Shown here: positions 51,102 through 59,399 of the stretch, in pieces
Position numbering within the stretch: position 1 is the first letter of the stretch
How the letters are laid out: every line of letters begins with the position of its first letter
Program-made: the position numbers and the translations under genes
Assembly (NCBI GenBank): GCA_034435055.1
Contig: DAOTXS010000097.1
Span: 66,864-130,863, forward strand
Length of the DNA stretch: 64,000 bases
Direction: 5' to 3'
Origin: Anaerolineae bacterium
GTDB lineage: Bacteria > Chloroflexota > Anaerolineae > UBA4142
The notes under the pieces: generated by a model
The model's database searches: none
The model's input: the letters and a program-made list of their open reading frames with translations, nothing else
Told to the model about the DNA's origin: nothing

Positions 51102-51584
51102 ATGAAGCGAATCTTTATGTTCTCGACTCACCCGCTCTTTAGCCAAGGTGTTGAGACCTTGTTGTGCCAGAATAGCCAAGTGGAATTTGTGGGGCGCGAG
51201 TCGGATATAGAAAAGGCAATCGAACGAATCCAACTGCTCCATCCGGACATTGTGATTGTGGATCACGAATCGGCTTTATGTGTGCAAGCGCCGGCTTTGC
51301 TCCGAATCTTGGGTGACGGCACCGGTCCCAAGATCATTGGACTGAATCTATTGACCAACACGATGTGTATTTATCGCGGCGAGCAGAAATCAGCGTATCG
51401 AGTGGAAGACCTTTTGCAAGCAATCGAAAATGAATCGAGCAGACCTGAAACAGTTGGCGGCACGGAGAAATCGATGTGCGCCGGTGTTGGAAAGGAGGAT
51501 CCAAAAATCGGACGGGTTCAACGGTTGGTCGAACGAGAAAATGAGTCAACAGAATCGGCACAGGAGGACGAAAATGAACGGTGA
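51102..51584 (+). CDS. Receiver-like (pseudo-receiver) domain protein with an acidic C-terminal tail
   Basis: 'MKRIFMFSTHPLFSQGVETLLCQNSQVEFVGRESDIEKAIERIQLLHPDIVIVDHES' follows the REC pattern and keeps the 'PDIVIVD' Asp. The N-terminal acidic pair (DD) is replaced by 'ST'. There is no output domain. The start could instead be 51084. Confidence 0.5.
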   Translation: MKRIFMFSTHPLFSQGVETLLCQNSQVEFVGRESDIEKAIERIQLLHPDIVIVDHESALCVQAPALLRILGDGTGPKIIGLNLLTNTMCIYRGEQKSAYRVEDLLQAIENESSRPETVGGTEKSMCAGVGKEDPKIGRVQRLVERENESTESAQEDENER

Positions 51585-52323
51585 GAATGATGACCGCAAG
51601 TTAATTGCTTCGTTGTCCGACGCGGCACACAAACCAATCTCCCGCCGTGATTTTATCAAACTTGCCGGGATTGGGACGGTCGGACTGGTTATTCCACAAA
51701 TTGTCTGTTTGCAGATGGCAGACGCCGCGCCAGCCGGTCAGGGTGCTGACCTTGCCCTGCCCAAAGGTATGGTAATCGGCGATCCAACGCGATGCACCGC
51801 TTGCCGGCGTTGCGAAATCGCCTGCACGTCGTTCAACGATGGCAAGAATCAGCCGACGTTGGCGCGCGTCAAAGTTTCGCGCAATATGAATTTTGGCCCG
51901 GCTGGGGCGCAACAAGGTTTCTATCGCGGCGACGGACATTTCGGAAACTTTTTGCTCATTCAAGAAACTTGTCGTCAATGCCCGCATCCAGTTCCGTGTA
52001 TGATGGCTTGTCCCAGCGGCGCAATCGAGGTTTCCGGGCCGGTCAATGCGCGTGTGATTAACGCGAGCAAATGCACGGGATGCCGTCAGTGTCAAGCCGC
52101 GTGTCCGTGGGATATGACAGTGTTTGACGAGCAACTGAAGAAAGCCAGCAAGTGCCACTTGTGTAACGGCGAACCGGAATGTGTCAAGGCGTGCCCGAAT
52201 AGTGCGTTGCGTTATGTGGCGTGGGTCGATCGAAGTAAGGACATTCCCAAGAAATGGGTTGTGCCGGCTTCCATTTCAACCCCGCCGAACGTTGCGAATA
52301 CCTGTGGCACGTGTCACAAGTAG
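51574..52323 (+). CDS. Tat-signal 4x[4Fe-4S] ferredoxin-type electron-transfer subunit (DmsB/YdhX-like)
   Basis: The Tat motif is 'SRRDFIKLAGIGTVGLV'. Four Cys clusters are present: CTACRRCEIAC, CRQCPHPVPCMMACP, CTGCRQCQAACP and CHLCNGEPECVKACP. The RBS caggagga sits upstream of ATG 51574. Confidence 0.88.
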   Translation: MNGENDDRKLIASLSDAAHKPISRRDFIKLAGIGTVGLVIPQIVCLQMADAAPAGQGADLALPKGMVIGDPTRCTACRRCEIACTSFNDGKNQPTLARVKVSRNMNFGPAGAQQGFYRGDGHFGNFLLIQETCRQCPHPVPCMMACPSGAIEVSGPVNARVINASKCTGCRQCQAACPWDMTVFDEQLKKASKCHLCNGEPECVKACPNSALRYVAWVDRSKDIPKKWVVPASISTPPNVANTCGTCHK

Positions 52324-52367
52324 CCGCTTTGGGCTAGAAAAAACTAGAGTTACAACGGAGGTTACAA

Positions 52368-54443
52368 ATGCCAGGAGGATATACCGGCAAGATTCTTCGA
52401 ATTGACTTGTCGACCGGCAAGGTTACTTCGGAGGATACTTCCAAATACAAAGACTTTCTTGGGGGCACTGGGCTGGGCTATAAAATTCTATGGGACGAAG
52501 TCAAGCCCGGCACCAAAGCGTGGGACCCTGAGAATCGCATTATCTTCGGCGTCGGACCGCTGACCGGATCCGGTTCGCCGCTTTCCGGTCGCGTTTCCAT
52601 CACCTCGCTGTGGCCCGTCCACATCAATGAATTACCCGGCACCGGACATATGGGTGGTCATTGGGGTGCGGAACTGAAATTCGCCGGCTGGGATTCGCTA
52701 ATCGTTCAAGGGAAAGCCGCCAAACCGGTGTGGATTTACATCAAAGACGATAAGGTGGAAATCCGCGATGCCAAGAATCTGTGGGGCAATGGGATTTTCC
52801 GCGCAACCGAAGAAATCTGCAACGAAGTTGGGTCAGATACGCAGGTTGCCGCGATTGGTCAAGCCGGCGAGAATCTCGTCCGACTTTCGTGCGTGTTGTG
52901 CAATCGTTCGCACTCGGCGGGCGGCGTCGGCAGTATTCTCGGTTCCAAGAACTTGAAAGCGATTGCTGTCAAAGGTTCCGGCTCGGTGGCGATTGCCGCT
53001 GACAAAAAGGCGTGGAAAGATTTGACCTACGAATATCTTTCCTTGCTTGGTGCGAATAATCAAGGCGTCGTGCCGCGCACGCCGCAACCGTGGGCAGAGT
53101 ATTACGGAAATACTCGCTGGACGGCGCGCAAAGGTTTGTACTGGGGCGCGGCGAACCCGCCCATCGAAACCGGCGAATGTTCAGCCGATGATTTGAATCG
53201 CATCGGTTACCGGACGCAAAAGGGTGTCTTGGATCACGGCGAAGGTGTCGGTGAAAAATATCTCGTCCGAATGGGTGGTTGCTATTCCTGCCCGATTCGT
53301 TGCCATGCGTACACCTCGATGCCGCAACTGGAAACCAAGTACGGCGTCTCGCGGTATCAAGGCAACACCTGTACCGGCAATTCGTTCGGTAGCAGTTTCT
53401 TTAATCTGCCGAGTGGATCTGAGCTGAGAATGGAAGCATCGCAACTGGGCAGTGCCTTGGCAGATGACTATGGACTGTGGAGCGACTACGGACAATGGCC
53501 CCGCGACTTTGTCTATTTGTACAGAAACAGTTTTCTTAAGGCAAAGCTTCCGGCGGCAGAATACAACAGTATTCCCTGGCAAAAGCTGGAGAATGGTGAT
53601 CCCTCATTCCTGCAAGACCTTTTCCGACGCATTGCCTTTAAAGAGGGTGAACTGGGCAAAACATTTGCGGAAGGTCCTGCGCGCGTGGCGAAAAAATGGC
53701 CCGAGTTAGCGGCGTGGCATCAGACGTACGAATCGAGTTGTTGGAAAGATGATCATGCCAAGCACCACGAAGGCGGGCAGGTTGGCGCGTTGCTCAATAT
53801 GTTGTACAATCGCGATGTGCAATGTCACACCCATTCCAACTTCCAAGGAAGTGGTTTACCGCTATCGCTGATGAAAGAAATCTCGGCGGAGCTGTTTGGT
53901 TCACCGGACGCGTTCGATGCCTCCGGAAATAACACGCCGATGAACAAAGGCAAAGCGGTCTTCACCAAAATGTCGATTGTGTATCTCGAGTTGCACAACT
54001 CGCTGACCGCGTGCAACTGGACGCTTCCCACATGGACTTCGCCGCGCAAGGATCGCAAGTATCGCGGCGATGTTGAGATGGAAGCAAAAGTGTTGTCCGC
54101 GGTGACCGGCGAAAAGATCAGCCGAGCGGATCTCGAAAAGACTGGTCTGCGCATCTTGACGTTGTTCCGCGCGCTCACCGCGTTGTATGCAAACGAAAAG
54201 AATATGCGCGTCAATCACGATAAAATGAACGACTGGGTCTTTGACTATCCGGCTAGCGCCAAGCCCTTCACGCCGGGGGTTGCCAAGATGGACAAGGCAG
54301 ACATCGAACTGGGCAAGGATTTGCTCTACGCTGAACTTGGTTGGGACAAAGCAACCGGAATGCCGACCAAGGCGACGCTCGATAGTCTTGGCTTGGGGTA
54401 CGTTGCCGACACACTTGCGAAAGCCGGTTTGTTGCCGGCTTGA
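52368..54443 (+). CDS. Aldehyde:ferredoxin oxidoreductase (AOR) family tungsto/molybdopterin enzyme
   Basis: The N-terminal 'GYTGKILRIDLSTGKVTSE...FLGGTGLGYKILWDEV' is the typical AOR start. The 4Fe-4S motif is 'GGCYSCPIRCH'. The protein is 691 aa and has no signal peptide. Confidence 0.9.
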   Translation: MPGGYTGKILRIDLSTGKVTSEDTSKYKDFLGGTGLGYKILWDEVKPGTKAWDPENRIIFGVGPLTGSGSPLSGRVSITSLWPVHINELPGTGHMGGHWGAELKFAGWDSLIVQGKAAKPVWIYIKDDKVEIRDAKNLWGNGIFRATEEICNEVGSDTQVAAIGQAGENLVRLSCVLCNRSHSAGGVGSILGSKNLKAIAVKGSGSVAIAADKKAWKDLTYEYLSLLGANNQGVVPRTPQPWAEYYGNTRWTARKGLYWGAANPPIETGECSADDLNRIGYRTQKGVLDHGEGVGEKYLVRMGGCYSCPIRCHAYTSMPQLETKYGVSRYQGNTCTGNSFGSSFFNLPSGSELRMEASQLGSALADDYGLWSDYGQWPRDFVYLYRNSFLKAKLPAAEYNSIPWQKLENGDPSFLQDLFRRIAFKEGELGKTFAEGPARVAKKWPELAAWHQTYESSCWKDDHAKHHEGGQVGALLNMLYNRDVQCHTHSNFQGSGLPLSLMKEISAELFGSPDAFDASGNNTPMNKGKAVFTKMSIVYLELHNSLTACNWTLPTWTSPRKDRKYRGDVEMEAKVLSAVTGEKISRADLEKTGLRILTLFRALTALYANEKNMRVNHDKMNDWVFDYPASAKPFTPGVAKMDKADIELGKDLLYAELGWDKATGMPTKATLDSLGLGYVADTLAKAGLLPA

Positions 54444-54461
54444 TGATCGACAGTTCGAAGT

Positions 54462-54488
54462 GCTGGGCTGAGAATTTTTCAGCCCAGC
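54462..54488 (+). promoter_or_regulatory. Intercistronic perfect 10-bp hairpin (no U-tract) after the AOR gene
   Basis: GCTGGGCTGA gaatttt TCAGCCCAGC. Confidence 0.6.
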
Positions 54489-54519
54489 AAGTAATTCCAA
54501 GATGAACGTGAGGGTTGAA

Positions 54520-55359
54520 ATGGAAAACACAACTGCGGCATCGCCCAGCGTCCAGAAAATCGCGGTCGATGTGATTTACATTGCCATAGCCGACAAAGTT
54601 CGCACGGACACCGAAAGCGTCGGCAAGCCCATTCACGTCGAAGCGCTCGGCGCGCTTTTTCCTGATATGAAGCCGGAGGAAATCATCGATCATTTGACCG
54701 CGATGGTCAAGGTCGAACGCTATCAAGATGTCAAGGTTTATGTCTCGGCAAGTGGCGCGGCGTACCTGTATTCTGAAAAATTTCTACCCGCGTCAGAAGC
54801 AATCGAAAAGATTGTTGCGGAAGAGACGCAAGGCAAAATCGTAGACAAGGTGCGCGAAGATTCGGCAAAGACATTTCAGCTCACGGCGATTGATGCTCTG
54901 CCCACGCTCTTTCCCGATCTTGAAGCCGACCGCGTGCAACAGTACGCCCAAGCCGTCGCCGGAGCCGAAAACTGTCCGGACATTAAGCAAATCATCGGAC
55001 CTACCGGTATTGCTTATCTCTATTCCGAAAATTTCATGACGCCCCACTACGCGAGTTTGTTGGCGCGTGCCGGTGCGAAGAATCCGTATATGACGATTGC
55101 GGAAACTGTACGCGAAGAGTCGCGAGTGTATCCGCGCCCCACCAACGTGGCGCTGTTCTACGATCCGATTTTTCAAATCGCGGGCGATCAGATGGAGACA
55201 GTCGTCGAAAATCTTTTGCGACAACCAGAGTATCAGGACATCAAAAAGATTGTGGCGACGACCGGCGCAATTTATCTTTACTCAGACAAATACCTTGACC
55301 CCGGCGCCGCGCAATGGCAAGTTCAATGGGAAGAAGTCGAGCGGCACAACAATCCGTAA
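54520..55359 (+). CDS. Protein of unknown function built from three ~85-aa tandem repeats
   Basis: The repeat cores are 'YQDVKVYVSASGAAYLYSEKFL', 'CPDIKQIIGPTGIAYLYSENFM' and 'YQDIKKIVATTGAIYLYSDKYL', spaced 84 and 86 aa apart. I prefer the ATG at 54520 (RBS gaggg); 54502 is an alternative. Confidence 0.7.
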   Translation: MENTTAASPSVQKIAVDVIYIAIADKVRTDTESVGKPIHVEALGALFPDMKPEEIIDHLTAMVKVERYQDVKVYVSASGAAYLYSEKFLPASEAIEKIVAEETQGKIVDKVREDSAKTFQLTAIDALPTLFPDLEADRVQQYAQAVAGAENCPDIKQIIGPTGIAYLYSENFMTPHYASLLARAGAKNPYMTIAETVREESRVYPRPTNVALFYDPIFQIAGDQMETVVENLLRQPEYQDIKKIVATTGAIYLYSDKYLDPGAAQWQVQWEEVERHNNP

Positions 55360-55380
55360 ATTCGGGTCGATGAAAAAATA

Positions 55381-55407
55381 CTGGCGAAGGTCAAATGCCT
55401 TCGCCAG
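55381..55407. terminator. Bidirectional rho-independent terminator between convergent genes
   Basis: CTGGCGAAGG tcaaatg CCTTCGCCAG, flanked by an A-tract upstream and a T-tract downstream. Confidence 0.75.
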
Positions 55408-55440
55408 ATTTATTTTTATCGCGCGAACAGACTTGCAAGC

Positions 55441-56469
55441 TCAATTGCGTTTTGGTGTTGGGGTGGAAGTTACGATGCCAAAGAAAGAACCAGTGAGAGG
55501 AGCCGCATTTGCCGGCGGCGTGATTTTGATATTCGCATTGAAATCGTACAGATGAACGCGGAGAAGCATCGTGATTTTGTCGGTTGGTTTCTTGGCGTCG
55601 TGTGCTTCCATATTCATAACCAACTGATGCATATAACCGTCGTCGCAGACCCAGAACTTGATGTCGGCAGAATCCAACTGGCTCAGCGCATTGAAATCGG
55701 TTGTACTTTGCAAGTCGAGCGCTTGGAACATTGTCAACGCTGCGTTCTTGTCGCCGGTGTACACGTCACAACGCCGATTGTCGAATGTCTCCGTGCTCGT
55801 CTTTTTGAAAATATTCCAATCGACGTTTTGCGAAGATGATTTGCCGATGAAATCGTCCGCGCTTGGCAAACTGCTAGTCACTTGCCCCGTGCCGCCGACG
55901 TACCACTTGTTTTCGGTCGCACCCATCATCGCGAGCGGTCCGCGGACGTACGTCTTGCCGCCGACGGTCATCATCTCGAATCCTTTTGCCGGATCCCCGC
56001 CGAGGAAAGATGCGATGAATCCCTTGAAGACGATGTGCGAATCTTTGCCCGCTATCGCGCCGGTCATCGTGAACAACGAAAGTTCTTGAGTGGCGCCGGT
56101 AACGCCGGGAACATTTCCCAATGCGCCTTTCATCGTCATATCGAAATCCATTCGATACGCGGTGGCGGTTTCAGCTTTTGCCCACGCATTGGAAAGTGGA
56201 TTAGGCGGCGCGGGGGTTCGCGTGGGTGGTGGCGGCGGAGGCGCAAAGACGCGCGTCGCAGTAGGAATGGCGGTCGGGGTTGCGGAAGGTGTTGGCGTTT
56301 CCATCGGCGTTGCGGTGGGTCGGGGTGTATGGGTGGCTGACACAAACAGATTGGCGATTTGAACATCCGCCCCCAGCATTTGTTGCGCGACGATAAAAAT
56401 GCCGGCGCACCAAATACACAAAACGCTGATGCCTAAAACAGCAACGATGATCCATTGTTGGCGAGTCAT
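55441..56469 (-). CDS. Membrane-anchored exported protein with Pro/Thr-rich linker, function unknown (LolA-like/DUF-type globular domain possible)
   Basis: ATG 56469 has a GGAGGTG RBS. The N-terminal TM helix is 'WIIVAVLGISVLCIWCAGIFIV'. A PT-rich linker follows, then a ~230-aa domain. Confidence 0.6.
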   Translation of the reverse strand: MTRQQWIIVAVLGISVLCIWCAGIFIVAQQMLGADVQIANLFVSATHTPRPTATPMETPTPSATPTAIPTATRVFAPPPPPPTRTPAPPNPLSNAWAKAETATAYRMDFDMTMKGALGNVPGVTGATQELSLFTMTGAIAGKDSHIVFKGFIASFLGGDPAKGFEMMTVGGKTYVRGPLAMMGATENKWYVGGTGQVTSSLPSADDFIGKSSSQNVDWNIFKKTSTETFDNRRCDVYTGDKNAALTMFQALDLQSTTDFNALSQLDSADIKFWVCDDGYMHQLVMNMEAHDAKKPTDKITMLLRVHLYDFNANIKITPPANAAPLTGSFFGIVTSTPTPKRN

Positions 56470-56621
56470 CGAACACCTCCGCATAAAAATGATTGACTCG
56501 ATAATACGGGAGATTGCGAAAAAGGTCAATGAGAATCCGGGTGGATAAAAAAGCGGTGCAATGTTTGACATCCGCCAAGTGTTCGACTAAAATGAATTTG
56601 AAATTTTAGCAAGGACTTGTT

Positions 56622-59381
56622 ATGTCTCTCACTTCTCAACAAATCCGCAAAACCTTTCTCGATTATTTCAAGCGCCGCAAGCACACGATTGTTGCGAGTT
56701 CATCGCTGATTCCCGCTGGCGATCCGACCCTCTTGTTCACGAACGCCGGCATGGTGCAGTTCAAAGACACCTTCCTGGGCTTGGAAAAACGCGATTACGT
56801 TCGCGCGACGACGGCGCAAAAATGTATGCGCGTTTCGGGCAAACACAACGATTTGGAGAACGTGGGTCCTTCGCCGCGCCATCACACCTTTTTTGAGATG
56901 CTCGGCAACTTTTCGTTCGGCGATTATTTCAAAAAGGAGGCAATCGAGTACGCCTGGGATTTGCTGGTCAATCATCTTGAACTTGACCCAGCGCGGTTGT
57001 GGTTCACCATTTTCGAAGGCGATGATCAAGTGCCGGCAGACGAAGAAGCCGCCGAGTTGTGGGTCAAAGTCGGCGCGCCGCCGGAACGCATTCGACGATT
57101 TGGACGCAAGGATAATTTCTGGCAGATGGGGGAAACCGGTCCGTGCGGTCCGTGTTCCGAAATTCATTACTACTTGGGACCCCATCCTAAAAATCCCAAA
57201 TACAATCGCGTCGAGTACGTCAACGGCGACGGCGACGAGCAAGTCGAAATTTGGAATCTTGTCTTTATGCAATTCAATCGATTCCAAGATGGCGATACCT
57301 TCAAGCTAACGCCTTTGCCCAAGCCTTCGGTGGACACCGGTTCTGGGATGGAGCGCTTGACAATGGCGTTGCAAGCGAAACCCTCGACGTACGACACCGA
57401 TCTCTTCAAACCGGTTCTCGAACGCACACGCAAATTGCTGGGGCAAGACAAAGCGACGATGGAAAAACGCATCGCGTCGTACCGTGTCATCGCCGATCAT
57501 TCGCGTGCGGTTGCGTTTCTCACCGCCGATGGCGTGATTCCCGGCAATGAGGGGCGCAATTATATCTTACGTTTGATTCTGCGCCGCGCCGCGCGCCATG
57601 GCCAATTGCTCGGTTTCAACGAACCATTCCTCACGCAAGTTTTGCCCACCGTCATCGAGGTGATGGGCGATCAATATCCCGAACTCGTCAAGCGCCGGGA
57701 TGCGATTATGAAGATCACGTTGCAAGAGGAAGAGCGTTTCCAAAAAACACTCAAGAGTGGTTCGGCGATGCTGGAAGATTTGGTCGCCGATTTGAAGGCG
57801 AAAGGCAAAACGCAAATTCCCGGCGCGGAGGCATTCAAACTGCACGACACGTACGGCTTTGCGTTGGAACTCACGCGCGATTACGCTCGCGAATTTGGAA
57901 TGACCGTTGATGAAGCCGGCTTTCGCAAAGCGATGGATGAACAAGCCGAGCGTTCGCGTGCCACCTCGAAAATCGGCGCGGTCGATGATAAAGGGGAGCA
58001 GTTGTATCGCGATACGCTCGATGAACTGGTGGCATCGGAACGCATCGCGCCTGCCGGTGTTGTGCACGACCCGTACAGCGGCACGGATTTGGCGACGACG
58101 GTCGCCGGCTTTTTGCGCGACGGCAATCTCACCGACCAAGTGAAAGCCGGCGATCAAGTGGAAGTGATTCTCCCCAAGACGTGCTTCTACGTAGAGTCGG
58201 GCGGGCAGGTGAGCGATGTGGGGCGCATCGTGAGATATGCCGGCGTTGCGGACGGCGCAGAAACCGAAGAGGCGAACGTCGAGTGGGCAATTGAAATCAC
58301 GGACGCGCGCAAACCGATTCCCGGGTTGATTGTGCACGTCGGCAAAGTATTGAAAGGCAATCCGCGCGTCGGTGATTCTGTTGTGGCTGAAGTCGATCGT
58401 TTGCGACGCTGGGACATTATGCGCAATCACACGGCGACGCATCTTTTGCATCGCGAGTTGCGCTACGTTTTGGGTGAACACGTGCAACAAGCCGGCTCGC
58501 TGGTTGCGCCGGAGCGTTTCCGTTTTGATTTCGCGCACAATGCAATGGTTACGCAAGACGAACTCGACCGCATCGAAGAAATGGTGAACGATGCAATTCT
58601 GGCGGATTTGCCGGTCGCGCCGTTCGAGATGAGTTATCAAGAGGCAACCGCCGGCGGCGCAATGGCGTTGTTCACGGAAAAGTACGGCGATCGCGTGCGC
58701 GTGATGAAAATCGGCGATCCGAAAAAGCCATTCAGCCAAGAGTTGTGCGGCGGCACGCACGTGTCGCGCACGAGCCAGATTGGTTCGTTCCACATTTTGT
58801 CGGAATCATCGGTAGGTGCTGGGTTGCGTCGCATCGAAGCGACGACCGGGCGCGGCGTGAGCAAATTGCTTGCGGATGGGCTGGGACGCTTGGAACGCAC
58901 GGCGGCGTACTTGCGCGTCTCGCCGGAACAGGTCGATCACAAAGTGCTTGAGCTGATGAGCGAGCGCGAGGCGCAACAAAAAGAAATCGAACGATTACGC
59001 CGCGAGCTGGCAATGCGCGAAGTTGGCAAATTGCTCGACCGGGTTCAACAAGTCGATGGTGTGTCAGTCCTTTCGGCGCAAGTTGAAGCGGCGAACGCCG
59101 ATATGTTGCGCGAAATCGGCGATTGGCTCAAAGACAAACTGGGTTCCGGTGTCATTGTGCTTGGTGCGGCAATCGAAGACAAGCCAAGTTTAATCGTGAT
59201 GGTCACGCCTGATCTGGTGGCAAGAGGTTTCGACGCGGTGCAAATCATTCGCCCGATTGCGAAAATTGTCGGCGGCGGCGGCGGTGGCCGTGCGACGCTT
59301 GCGCAAGCCGGTGGCAAAGATGCGTCGCTGTTGCCGGAAGCAATCGCACAAGCGGCGAATATGATTGCGAAAAAATTGTAA
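56622..59381 (+). CDS. alaS: Alanine--tRNA ligase
   Basis: It contains 'IRKTFLDYFKRRKHTIV', 'FTNAGMVQFK' and 'GNFSFGDYFK', the editing-domain 'HTATHLLH', and the C-terminal DHHA1 'GGGGGRATLAQAGG'. Confidence 0.97.
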   Translation: MSLTSQQIRKTFLDYFKRRKHTIVASSSLIPAGDPTLLFTNAGMVQFKDTFLGLEKRDYVRATTAQKCMRVSGKHNDLENVGPSPRHHTFFEMLGNFSFGDYFKKEAIEYAWDLLVNHLELDPARLWFTIFEGDDQVPADEEAAELWVKVGAPPERIRRFGRKDNFWQMGETGPCGPCSEIHYYLGPHPKNPKYNRVEYVNGDGDEQVEIWNLVFMQFNRFQDGDTFKLTPLPKPSVDTGSGMERLTMALQAKPSTYDTDLFKPVLERTRKLLGQDKATMEKRIASYRVIADHSRAVAFLTADGVIPGNEGRNYILRLILRRAARHGQLLGFNEPFLTQVLPTVIEVMGDQYPELVKRRDAIMKITLQEEERFQKTLKSGSAMLEDLVADLKAKGKTQIPGAEAFKLHDTYGFALELTRDYAREFGMTVDEAGFRKAMDEQAERSRATSKIGAVDDKGEQLYRDTLDELVASERIAPAGVVHDPYSGTDLATTVAGFLRDGNLTDQVKAGDQVEVILPKTCFYVESGGQVSDVGRIVRYAGVADGAETEEANVEWAIEITDARKPIPGLIVHVGKVLKGNPRVGDSVVAEVDRLRRWDIMRNHTATHLLHRELRYVLGEHVQQAGSLVAPERFRFDFAHNAMVTQDELDRIEEMVNDAILADLPVAPFEMSYQEATAGGAMALFTEKYGDRVRVMKIGDPKKPFSQELCGGTHVSRTSQIGSFHILSESSVGAGLRRIEATTGRGVSKLLADGLGRLERTAAYLRVSPEQVDHKVLELMSEREAQQKEIERLRRELAMREVGKLLDRVQQVDGVSVLSAQVEAANADMLREIGDWLKDKLGSGVIVLGAAIEDKPSLIVMVTPDLVARGFDAVQIIRPIAKIVGGGGGGRATLAQAGGKDASLLPEAIAQAANMIAKKL

Positions 59382-59399
59382 AGCGTTTTTGGTTTATTG

